Below, in pieces: positions 19,183 to 27,824 of a DNA stretch of 54,382 nt; the first letter of the stretch is position 1; each line of letters opens with the position of its first letter. A program made the translations under genes and the position numbers. The notes beneath the pieces are model-generated. The model saw only the letters and a program-made list of their open reading frames with translations, was not told the DNA's origin and searched no databases. The stretch lies in the IMG/VR virus record IMGVR_UViG_3300022555_001562; one strand, 5' to 3'. The stretch is from an uncultured virus (IMG/VR IMGVR_UViG_3300022555_001562) (lineage: Duplodnaviria > Heunggongvirae > Uroviricota > Caudoviricetes).

Positions 19183-19766
19183 AAACTAGAAATGGATTTG
19201 TAAGTAATTCTTCTTCATCTTCGTTTATTGTGGGATTTGATACAATACCCAAAACAGTTGAAGAATTGAAGAAGTTACTTTTTAAGAATGATGAAATTCT
19301 ATCTGCGTATGATATAGAATTGGACACCCAAAAAGCGGCAGATATAATTTTCGATGATATTAAAAATCAAAAACTTGCTACAAAAAAACGACTTTTCGAT
19401 GTAATTAGAGCAGGTGAATTAGCAGATTATCCTGAAACGGAGTCAAACCATCCGGTTTATAAATTAATGGATGAGTTTTGCAAGAAATACCCCAAACAGC
19501 ATTGGGGCACTCCAGGAGAAATAGAAAATAAAGATACAAGAAAATTCGCTCAAAAAATTTGGGATATGCAGCATGCAAAATGGAAAGCGGAGAATAAATC
19601 GAGAGATGTGGCGGCAATGAAGTATGTTAATGAGACGGTTCTTCCTAAATTGAAAGATAAGAAAGTTTTTATTTTTGAATACGAAGATCATGATCCGGTT
19701 GGAAATGTATTGGAACATGGTAATGTTTTTAACCGAGTGGTTCATTTTCATATTAGTATGCATTAA
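19179..19766 (+). CDS. FVSNSSSSSF-motif protein 3
   Basis: MKTRNGFVSNSSSSSFIVGF. Confidence 0.8.
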   Translation: MKTRNGFVSNSSSSSFIVGFDTIPKTVEELKKLLFKNDEILSAYDIELDTQKAADIIFDDIKNQKLATKKRLFDVIRAGELADYPETESNHPVYKLMDEFCKKYPKQHWGTPGEIENKDTRKFAQKIWDMQHAKWKAENKSRDVAAMKYVNETVLPKLKDKKVFIFEYEDHDPVGNVLEHGNVFNRVVHFHISMH

Positions 19767-19772
19767 AAAATT

Positions 19773-20282
19773 ATGAAAATTAGAAATGGCTTTGTAAGCA
19801 ACAGTAGTTCGAGTTCTTTTATTGTTCGGCGGGGCGACAGGAGACCGAAGGGGTCGGTATGTGTACCAATGGTTGTTTTGACTGAGCAACAGGATACCAT
19901 ATTAGATAATTATGGTTTTCGTAAAACTACTGCTCATGTTCCAAGTGGAGTTCCTTCGTTTTATGACAAAAAAGCATGGAAATCTGAGGCGAGGATTATT
20001 AGTAAGGGTTTGAACGAACTTGGATACAATTGGGGATACGAAGTTGATTGTAATCAAGATGAAGTCATGGTATTCTTAATTGAGAATAAGATTCCATTCG
20101 TAGCAGAATGTCATTACGGACATGAATCATTTATATATGATCCTAAAAATGATACTCTATACAAGGGAATTAATTATGGAACGATGATGGAAACCTACGG
20201 ACCCAATAGTTATGAAATTAGTAGAGTAACATCCGTCACCGGTAAAGAATGGATAGAGAAAATAAACATTAAAAAATTATGA
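19773..20282 (+). CDS. FVSNSSSSSF-motif protein 4
   Basis: MKIRNGFVSNSSSSSFIV. Confidence 0.8.
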   Translation: MKIRNGFVSNSSSSSFIVRRGDRRPKGSVCVPMVVLTEQQDTILDNYGFRKTTAHVPSGVPSFYDKKAWKSEARIISKGLNELGYNWGYEVDCNQDEVMVFLIENKIPFVAECHYGHESFIYDPKNDTLYKGINYGTMMETYGPNSYEISRVTSVTGKEWIEKINIKKL

Positions 20283-20373
20283 AAATAAGAATAGGATTTG
20301 TTTCAAATAGTTCGTCGAGTTCATTTATATTATTTGGCGCTTATATGGACACTACTAAAGACGAGGAATTACA

Positions 20374-21628
20374 TCAACTACCCCTGCCTGAAGGCAGAGG
20401 TTTGTAAGACTCCTAAACTCTTAGAAGATTTACATACAATAGGCTGATTGATTGCAGCCCGAGAAATATTTATACTGGCATTGTAATCCGCATTAGTAGA
20501 ATATCCACATTTCTTACAAGTAAATAATTCTTGTGTTAATCTATTGTCTTCTTCACAATGATTGCATTTACTGCAAATTTGAGAAGTATATGATGGATTA
20601 ACAAATAATACTGGTATTCCTGCTATTTTTGCTTTGTAAGTAATGAACTCCCTCAATTGTCCGAAAGACCATTTACCAAGTCTTGCGTTATTATCCCGCA
20701 ATTTCTTGTTAAACTTTTTAACCGTTTTCTTGGAATAAAAATGTAAATCTTCCAACTTAATTCCTACTTCAAGTGCCTTTGCTTTCACAACAATCTTCTT
20801 ACTTATACAATGATTTGTATCTTTCTTATATCTGTTTTCTTTTTTACTAATTTTAACTAAATGTTTTCTCGCCGATTTTGTTCCTTTTGATTGTAAATTT
20901 GATTTTAATAAAGTAATCTTTTTTCTATGAGTTTCAACCTTATCTCCCGAATAAATTTCTCCATCGGATGTTACTGCAATATTAATTATTCCCATATCAA
21001 CTCCTAAAAACTTATTGGTTTCTATTGGTTTCTTCTCAATTTCATCATAAACAAAGTTAACATAAAATTGTTTTTTTACTTTGTCATAGATCAACTCACA
21101 TTGGCCACATAAGTTCAGATCACTAAGTTTTTTATAAGATTGATATGGAATTTTAATTCTACCACTCAGAACCATTAGTGATACCATATTGTCTTTTTTA
21201 ATGGTAAAATTTCTGGTATCATAGTCTATGGAACCATATTTGTAATAATTTATCAATGTATTTCGCTGGTCTTTGTTGGCATAGGAAGAAGAAACTTTTC
21301 TTACTACGAGGATTGCCATTTGAGATGAAAGATTGTATTTCTGTTTTAATTCGTAATACACTGATTTCTGCAATAACATTTTATTAAATATTTTGGAATG
21401 GAATGCTTTTTCGGCAACCCAGTTACAGGCATTATTAAAATTCTCCATAACATCGAGTAATTGTTGATGTTGTGAAGCAGTTTCTAATAATTTACATTTA
21501 ATGGTTATTTTCACTTATTCAATCTTTCACCACATAACTATAATGTAAGAATACGAAAACATCAATTATTTTTATTTATTTTATGGTGGCAATTCCTCCC
21601 TTACCTAAAGGAAAGGGATTCCTTGCCA
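20374..21628 (-). mobile_element. Non-autonomous IS200/IS605-family element (tnpB only), 1255 bp
   Basis: Subterminal hairpins at 20381-20400 and 21588-21627. Removing 1255 bp restores the host frame. No tnpA. Confidence 0.85.
20378..21514 (-). CDS. tnpB: TnpB RNA-guided nuclease (IS200/IS605)
   Basis: GVDMG, KLEDL, YTSQICSKC...CKKCG and NADYNAS. Confidence 0.93.
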   Translation of the reverse strand: MKITIKCKLLETASQHQQLLDVMENFNNACNWVAEKAFHSKIFNKMLLQKSVYYELKQKYNLSSQMAILVVRKVSSSYANKDQRNTLINYYKYGSIDYDTRNFTIKKDNMVSLMVLSGRIKIPYQSYKKLSDLNLCGQCELIYDKVKKQFYVNFVYDEIEKKPIETNKFLGVDMGIINIAVTSDGEIYSGDKVETHRKKITLLKSNLQSKGTKSARKHLVKISKKENRYKKDTNHCISKKIVVKAKALEVGIKLEDLHFYSKKTVKKFNKKLRDNNARLGKWSFGQLREFITYKAKIAGIPVLFVNPSYTSQICSKCNHCEEDNRLTQELFTCKKCGYSTNADYNASINISRAAINQPIVCKSSKSLGVLQTSAFRQG

Positions 21629-21836
21629 CAAAAAGGTTGAAGAACACGGTCTCATACTTTGTGAGAGTGAGGAAGACGGCACATGTATAGGAGTAGGTGT
21701 CGAAGAAATGAAAGGAACCGAAACCCTTACCCAATTTAGAGAAAGAATTGCCAAACAATTCGCTGAAGTTGGACTTGAAGTGAAACTCTCAGATTTGCGT
21801 TTTATCGGCGGGAGTTGTCGTAGTTAATATTAAACG

Positions 21837-21865
21837 TTGACAAAATAATCACTATCTGATATAAT
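21837..21865 (+). promoter_or_regulatory. Consensus sigma70 promoter
   Basis: TTGACA-17 nt-TATAAT with extended TG. Confidence 0.85.
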
Positions 21866-21896
21866 ATCATTATGAAAGTTAAAAAAACATTAAAAT

Positions 21897-22172
21897 ATGA
21901 AAACACGAAATGGATTTGTTAGTAATAGTAGTTCGAGTAGTTTTATTATTTACCGCAAGTTATTGACAGAGGATAACTTGGAGAAAATTCAGAATTGGTG
22001 GAATGAGAATGAGAAAAATATTCATGATGATGACGGGGCGTATTACAGTGGATATAATCGCTTCTCACATAATTTTATTTTAGCTAGATGTCATAGTCAT
22101 AGCACACAATTCTCAAAGTTATTGAAAGAATGTGGAGTGAAAGAGGAAGATTATATGATGGATTATCGTTAA
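21897..22172 (+). CDS. FVSNSSSSSF-motif protein 6
   Basis: MKTRNGFVSNSSSSSFII. Confidence 0.8.
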   Translation: MKTRNGFVSNSSSSSFIIYRKLLTEDNLEKIQNWWNENEKNIHDDDGAYYSGYNRFSHNFILARCHSHSTQFSKLLKECGVKEEDYMMDYR

Positions 22173-22176
22173 AATT

Positions 22177-22521
22177 ATGAAAACAAGACAAGGATTTGTA
22201 TCAAACAGTTCGAGTACATCCTTTACCTGTGACGTTTGCGGAAATGAGCAGAGCGGGATGGATATGTCTCTTAGAGATTGTAGTATGGTTAAATGTGTTA
22301 ATGACCACACGGTTTGTCGTGATGAAATGTTGAACTACGAGAGTGGGAAAACCTATGATGTTCCCGCCGAGTTTTGTCCGTTATGTCAGATGAAGAAAGT
22401 ATGTCACGATGATATTTACGGGTATGCCTTGCGGAAACTCGGAAAGACACGCAACGAATTGGAAGAGGAAATTAAAATCCTCTTCCCAACATATAAAGAG
22501 TTCAAAGATTATATTAAATAA
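22177..22521 (+). CDS. FVSNSSSSSF-motif protein 7 (Cys-rich)
   Basis: MKTRQGFVSNSSSTSFTCDVCG; CVNDH and CPLC. Confidence 0.8.
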   Translation: MKTRQGFVSNSSSTSFTCDVCGNEQSGMDMSLRDCSMVKCVNDHTVCRDEMLNYESGKTYDVPAEFCPLCQMKKVCHDDIYGYALRKLGKTRNELEEEIKILFPTYKEFKDYIK

Positions 22522-22522
22522 T

Positions 22523-22798
22523 ATGAAAACAAGACAAGGATTTGTATCAAACAGTTCTTCTGCTAGTTTTATTGTAAGTCTTGAGAAGATCACCGCAAAA
22601 GATGCATTAAAGCTAATGGACTATGATAAACTTCCAGCGGATGCAATGGGACGGGAATGGAAAGACGGATGGGATATTGAGGTGGATTTTACTAAAGGAT
22701 TAATTCACGGATGTGCCATTATGGATAATGGCGATTTGAGTGAATATTTGATAAAAGAAAACGTCAATATAAGTCTTTTTGTGTGGAAACACGATTGA
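22523..22798 (+). CDS. FVSNSSSSSF-motif protein 8
   Basis: MKTRQGFVSNSSSASFIV. The motif places the start at 22523, not 22409. Confidence 0.8.
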   Translation: MKTRQGFVSNSSSASFIVSLEKITAKDALKLMDYDKLPADAMGREWKDGWDIEVDFTKGLIHGCAIMDNGDLSEYLIKENVNISLFVWKHD

Positions 22799-22815
22799 AA
22801 AAGCCGGTAAAAAAT

Positions 22816-23127
22816 ATGAAAATAAGATCGGGTTTTGTATCGAATAGTTCGTCCAGTAGTTTCTGTATTCTCGGGGTTGATATTGATGCCGATACTATGG
22901 ATAAAATAGAAGGAATGTATATGGAGCTAAAAGGAACTCGGGTGAGAACTCAATTTTCTATATCCCACGATAATGGAAAATATGTCGGCATCGATGTTAC
23001 TACGATGAAAGATAATGAAACTCCGCTTCAACTTAAACAAGAGATTGTTGATGTTCTGCATAAATGCGGGGTGGACATTGAAATCAATAATATTAACTTT
23101 ATCGAAGATGGGGGTTATAACGGATGA
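22816..23127 (+). CDS. FVSNSSSSSF-motif protein 9
   Basis: MKIRSGFVSNSSSSSFCILG. The motif places the start at 22816. Confidence 0.8.
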   Translation: MKIRSGFVSNSSSSSFCILGVDIDADTMDKIEGMYMELKGTRVRTQFSISHDNGKYVGIDVTTMKDNETPLQLKQEIVDVLHKCGVDIEINNINFIEDGGYNG

Positions 23128-23852
23128 AAACACTATGTTCATATTTGGGTGGAAGTATTAGTTATGGATTAAACACTCCCACCTCGGACAAAGATGAGCG
23201 ATTTGTGTTTTTAAACACAGATGTATCTAAAATCGTCGGGTTAAGCCGACATGAACATGAATCTAACCAAACGGACACCGAAGATAAATTTGGATGGGAA
23301 ATTAGACATTTTTTAAATTTGCTTCATAGGGGAAATACAATGTGTCTGGAAATATTGTATAACCAAAATTGGTTGGAAATTACTAAAGAGTTCATATACA
23401 TTCAATCCTTTAAAGATAAACTAATAGATTCCACTTGTTTATACAAATGCCTTCGAGGATATTGTCAATCCGAACGGGCATTAGTGTTGGGAAAAAGAAC
23501 CGGTGTTCTTGGCGGCAAACGAAAAGAACAATTAGAAAAATATGGATACTCGTATAAAAATGCAGTTCAATTTTTACGATTATGTTTATGCGGAAAAATC
23601 TTTTTTCAAGAAGGATACTTCCCGGTTAATATTCGCCAATTCGATGCGTCAGAAACGCTGTTTTCAATTAAAACCGAACCGGAAAAATATTCGAAAGAGG
23701 ACGTTATAACTCTGATGGATGACTATGAAAAAATGCTAGAACAATCATATGCCACCATTAAAATTAAACACCATTACGATGTTGACATTGCTAACCAAAT
23801 CTGCTATGATCTATATGTGCCGATATTAGTAACTGTCAATAAAAATAGATAA
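23124..23852 (+). CDS. Pol-beta superfamily nucleotidyltransferase (RlaP/Nuc-transf-like)
   Basis: GGSISYGLNTPTSDKDER, GNTMCLEIL, LRGY and KNAVQFLRL. Confidence 0.8.
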   Translation: MKTLCSYLGGSISYGLNTPTSDKDERFVFLNTDVSKIVGLSRHEHESNQTDTEDKFGWEIRHFLNLLHRGNTMCLEILYNQNWLEITKEFIYIQSFKDKLIDSTCLYKCLRGYCQSERALVLGKRTGVLGGKRKEQLEKYGYSYKNAVQFLRLCLCGKIFFQEGYFPVNIRQFDASETLFSIKTEPEKYSKEDVITLMDDYEKMLEQSYATIKIKHHYDVDIANQICYDLYVPILVTVNKNR

Positions 23853-23868
23853 TTAAAAATAAACAAAT

Positions 23869-24309
23869 ATGTCAAAAATAAGCTTAGAAGAAGTTGAGGG
23901 AGTCCTGTTGCAGCATAAGATTAGCGATACCGGTTCAATTATCAAAGATTTGGAAAAAATCCTTGAGGAATTGAAAGCGGAATCGGAAGCCAATGCGGAG
24001 GATAAGCCAACGTATGAATATGTTGTCGTTATCCACGATCCAAGCGGAGAACTAAAAGCACAGAAGAAAGACGAGGTGCTTTCAGCTTACATCGTGCAAC
24101 AGGAAGAAGGACAAGATGCCGGTTTGATTCTATCCAAACTTAAGGAATGTGCGACTACTCAAAACGAAACCGCCAAACGCAAGAAATCTCGATTGGATAG
24201 TATTCGTGATATTTTCGACGGTCTAAAATCTAAGTTTGCTAAAGAGAAGAAGCTCAAAATAAAGACCAAGGAACCAGTTCGGATTCTCTTGACGGACGGA
24301 AAGTTGTAA
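23869..24309 (+). CDS. Hypothetical protein
   Basis: 146-aa ORF followed by a terminator. Confidence 0.65.
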   Translation: MSKISLEEVEGVLLQHKISDTGSIIKDLEKILEELKAESEANAEDKPTYEYVVVIHDPSGELKAQKKDEVLSAYIVQQEEGQDAGLILSKLKECATTQNETAKRKKSRLDSIRDIFDGLKSKFAKEKKLKIKTKEPVRILLTDGKL

Positions 24310-24325
24310 TAATCAATAATAACAT

Positions 24326-24365
24326 AAAGCCTCTGGATTAATTTCCAGAGGCTTTTTTTGTTTTT
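24326..24365 (+). terminator. Rho-independent terminator between convergent genes
   Basis: aaagcctctgga-loop-tccagaggcttt followed by a T-run. Confidence 0.85.
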
Positions 24366-24368
24366 AGA

Positions 24369-24797
24369 TTAAACCTTTTCGGCGGGAGCAACTTTGTAAT
24401 ACCGTTCGACGATATGACGAATATCATCAAATAAAATCGCACAGTGTTGTTTTTTTACGTAACATTCTTGGGCGATCTTCTGAAGTTCTTGAACTTTTTT
24501 ACTACAGTCGGCGAAATTCTTTTTGATGATATTTTCTTGAAATACATCTGGGCATTCATTTATGGCATAATTCTGAGCTAATTCCATAAATTGACTAATG
24601 ACTTTTGCTGACTCTACAATAGCCTTTTCATCCTCGAATGACTTACCATATTCTCGGAACATGTATGCCATTTCTTTCAATTGACGTTTCATTTCCGGTG
24701 TCATGGGAGGTTTTACTTGCCCCATTTTATCGGGAATAGCGCCCATATTTTCAACGATTTGTTTGAGCGAAAATTCAGTTGTCTTTGGTAAATTCAT
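24369..24797 (-). CDS. Hypothetical protein, possible head-associated
   Basis: 142 aa; sense-strand TATTTATA upstream; SLKQIVE motif. Confidence 0.6.
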   Translation of the reverse strand: MNLPKTTEFSLKQIVENMGAIPDKMGQVKPPMTPEMKRQLKEMAYMFREYGKSFEDEKAIVESAKVISQFMELAQNYAINECPDVFQENIIKKNFADCSKKVQELQKIAQECYVKKQHCAILFDDIRHIVERYYKVAPAEKV

Positions 24798-24830
24798 ATT
24801 ATTTAATATAAATAGCGTTAAATTTTCAAT

Positions 24831-25130
24831 TTAACCTCTTTCTTTATCTATTTCGGGCTGTGAATATTTATTGAAATATTCAATTATTTTTTCAAATTCT
24901 TGGAATATTTGAATTCCGTTTTTATCTTCCAGAAAAAAACACTCTCCTTTCGGTGTTTTCTTTTTATAAATTTTTATAGCAGGTTTTTCTAAAGACATAA
25001 CATAATCCCCATCAAATTCAAATTTCATGTCTTTTAAATGGGAGGCGTCATTGAATTTCCAATCATCAATATTTATTAAACCTTTTTTCTTTTCATCCCC
25101 CACAATATTTAGAAGTTCAGTAAGTTGCAT
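24831..25130 (-). CDS. Hypothetical protein
   Basis: 99-aa ORF. Confidence 0.55.
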   Translation of the reverse strand: MQLTELLNIVGDEKKKGLINIDDWKFNDASHLKDMKFEFDGDYVMSLEKPAIKIYKKKTPKGECFFLEDKNGIQIFQEFEKIIEYFNKYSQPEIDKERG

Positions 25131-25133
25131 AGA

Positions 25134-25898
25134 TTAAGTTTGTTTATGAAATACTGCCGCCAAGAAATTTGTTAAAATCTCAGATCCTTCTTGATCATCA
25201 ATAGGAACAGATTTTATGATTTTAATTTCATCACCGCCACCTTCCGCTTCTTTTAAAGAAGGTGGAGGGGGGGCGGGAGGCGGCTCATTGGCAGGAGGGG
25301 ATTTTGGTTCGGGTGATGGTTCCGGTTCTGGCTCATCTTTTCCAGATCTATTTTTTACAATTGCAACATATATAAATCTACCTGCCGGATCGGAACTCGA
25401 ATTTTGCGAGGGGACATCTTCCTGAAGATTCAAAGGCTCCCATAGTTTTTTTACCATAATTAGACTTGTGTTGCCATAGTCATCGGATTTATTATATCCA
25501 ACCTTAAATTTATTGTGAACAGTTGGTTCGGCATCATCGAAGTTTTGAATTGCTTGATTTTCTTTTGGAGTTAATTCGTATCCACGATACATTCCAAGAG
25601 TTTTTTTGAAATCTCCATGAAATGTTTTAGCACTTGCTATAGGGTTTGGAGAAGATTCAACTTCTTCTTCCTGAAGATTCATGGGTTCTTGAATCTCTTT
25701 AAGTGTTTTTAATAGTCTTCTCTTGGATTCTATATTACATTTTTGGAACCCATATTCTTGCATTAAAAAATCTTTAACATCCTCGGGCGTCATTGAATCC
25801 GCTGCCTTACCCGCTTGTCCGGATTTAGGAGTTTTTCCGTTTTGCATGTTATAAACTACATGCATGAATCTATTTTGCTCTGGCGATTTGCTTGGCAT
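25134..25898 (-). CDS. Hypothetical Pro-rich protein, possible internal head protein
   Basis: MPSKSPEQNRFM start; repeated LQE/LKE sites. Confidence 0.6.
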   Translation of the reverse strand: MPSKSPEQNRFMHVVYNMQNGKTPKSGQAGKAADSMTPEDVKDFLMQEYGFQKCNIESKRRLLKTLKEIQEPMNLQEEEVESSPNPIASAKTFHGDFKKTLGMYRGYELTPKENQAIQNFDDAEPTVHNKFKVGYNKSDDYGNTSLIMVKKLWEPLNLQEDVPSQNSSSDPAGRFIYVAIVKNRSGKDEPEPEPSPEPKSPPANEPPPAPPPPSLKEAEGGGDEIKIIKSVPIDDQEGSEILTNFLAAVFHKQT

Positions 25899-25931
25899 AT
25901 GTATAAATATGAGAATATAGAAGTAAAATGC

Positions 25932-27605
25932 CTATCCACCATGTTTATTTTTCGAAGATGGAACCCATTCATGTTTTAGATTCCCACAATCCCAGATTCG
26001 ATCATATCCATTTAATTGCATATTCTGCCATTCAGTTAAGTTACTGTCGAAATTGGGAAAAATATCTTTTAAATTGTGTTTTCTAAAATTATATCGGTAT
26101 ATTCTTTTATTATAATTCTTTCCCAGATACCAATAATTAGGTCCGGTGTTTTTATTTATAGAAGTAAATCCTAATGATTTATAAATATTTTTATCAGTAT
26201 TACTCCATCTTACATCCGAATAAGATAAAATATATTCGGGATTATAGTTTTTTATAAAATAGGACAATAACTTACTGCCAATTCCAATAACTCGTTTATT
26301 TAAATGCGTACAAAACCTATACATTTCCCATTGGTTCTTTTTAGCGATATTTCCTAAAGCTATTCTCAATGCCCCAAATGTCATCACCGCCACAAGTTCG
26401 TTATTGTAATATGCTCCCACCCTCAATGATGCCATATCTTTTCCCTGAATATGATTGAGATCTAAAAACTCATTACATACATCCGCATTTAATAATCGAA
26501 TATCACATTTTCTGGCATATATTTTATCAGAAAGATTTTTATTAAATATATGAATTAATTTATTTTTGACTATTTCCTGTTTGTATATCCATTCGTCTTC
26601 AAATATATGAATTAAACGTATCTGCTTATCTTTACACGCCGTTGTTTTATTGAGGTGATAGTTTTTATATTTTTTCCCTCCGATTTCTGAATGCCAAAAT
26701 AATCCGTCATATTCAATTGCAATATTTAGAGATGATATAAAAATATCTAATTCTTTACCGCTCAATATTTTTCGATCGTTTGATATAATAGTTTCATTGG
26801 GTAATATTGATTTTATAAATTCTAATATTTTAGTTTCGGTTTGGGTTTTACTTATAGGATTGCAAATAAAACATCTTGGTATATTACCATTCAATAAAGT
26901 ATCTTCAAATTTGGATTCACAGAATTTACATTGAAACCAGTATTTAGTATCATATGATACATTCCCCCGATATTCCAATTCTGAAAATAATGGTATTATA
27001 TTTGTAAATTTACTCCCATTTACTATAAAATTATAATGATTTATCCGGCGTGCCTGTAATTGTTTTTCTTTTATTTCTAAATTTTGAGATATATAAGGCA
27101 CTCCATAAGTTTTAATGTTAGTCGCCTTTGTTTTCTTTTTATTCTCTTCCAACATCGCTACATTATTAACTCCATATTTATCCAAATTTGTTTTTTTAAC
27201 TCGCTCTAATATTTCGGAACTTTTTAATGGAATAGTAACTTTATATTTTTTATATAATGATTCTATTTGCCGGTTTCTTAATTCACTGTTTTGTTGAGGA
27301 TTCCTTACCCCATATCGCTCTAAACATGTATTAATCTGTTTATCTCTTATTACTTTGTTCTGACTGGGGGATATTACTCCATATTTTTTTAAACACGTTT
27401 TTTTAGCTTTCTCCGATATACACTCAAGTTTAGCTACATTATCAACTCCATATTTTTTTAGATTAAAATCCCGCCGACGAAGATTTGTTTTTTCAATATT
27501 CTCAGGCCGAGAACGATATTCCTCAAAACATCCCGTAGAACAATGCTGCTTATTCCGATGACGAGTATTAAATTCTTTATTACAATTTTTACATTTTTTT
27601 ATCAT
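25932..27605 (-). CDS. Putative homing endonuclease (Hef-like)
   Basis: KYG repeats, AIEYDGLFWH, IHIFEDEW, YARKC, RIWDCG. Confidence 0.75.
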   Translation of the reverse strand: MIKKCKNCNKEFNTRHRNKQHCSTGCFEEYRSRPENIEKTNLRRRDFNLKKYGVDNVAKLECISEKAKKTCLKKYGVISPSQNKVIRDKQINTCLERYGVRNPQQNSELRNRQIESLYKKYKVTIPLKSSEILERVKKTNLDKYGVNNVAMLEENKKKTKATNIKTYGVPYISQNLEIKEKQLQARRINHYNFIVNGSKFTNIIPLFSELEYRGNVSYDTKYWFQCKFCESKFEDTLLNGNIPRCFICNPISKTQTETKILEFIKSILPNETIISNDRKILSGKELDIFISSLNIAIEYDGLFWHSEIGGKKYKNYHLNKTTACKDKQIRLIHIFEDEWIYKQEIVKNKLIHIFNKNLSDKIYARKCDIRLLNADVCNEFLDLNHIQGKDMASLRVGAYYNNELVAVMTFGALRIALGNIAKKNQWEMYRFCTHLNKRVIGIGSKLLSYFIKNYNPEYILSYSDVRWSNTDKNIYKSLGFTSINKNTGPNYWYLGKNYNKRIYRYNFRKHNLKDIFPNFDSNLTEWQNMQLNGYDRIWDCGNLKHEWVPSSKNKHGG

Positions 27606-27824
27606 ATACTGGGTTTGCCTGTGCCATCGTTTAATAAATATATACTACTTAACTATAAAAACCAAGTTTTTTTATTTCAAAACATATTTATATTCGTAGC
27701 GGTAATTAGTACATTCTAAAACCGCAAACATGTGGCAATACGGTAACCCTTCTTATTTGCCGTCACATCGACATATTACCCACATTGTGGTTCTAATAAC
27801 TACAGAGATAAAATATAAAATATT

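Larger units (their letters stand above)
20279..21827 (+). pseudogene. FVSNSSSSSF-motif protein 5 (97 aa), interrupted by a tnpB element
   Basis: MKIRIGFVSNSSSSSFILFG...DEEL (20279-20371) + HKKVEEHG...CIGVGVEEMKGTETL...FIGGSCRS* (21627-21827). Aligns by eye to paralog 22816. Confidence 0.85.

Noticed and set aside
14732..21514. TnpB genes as Cas12 effectors
   Set aside because: No CRISPR array nearby, and both lie within recognisable IS ends.
22409..22522. N-terminal extensions in the ORF track (22409, 22783, 4664, 14127, 12781, 31112)
   Set aside because: Internal ATGs match family motifs or follow promoter elements; the extensions overlap upstream genes or promoters.
17177..22870. FVSNSS repeats as a CRISPR array or DNA-level recombination/attC sites
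   Set aside because: The copies differ at synonymous positions, always start an ORF, and are separated by whole genes with no palindromic structure.
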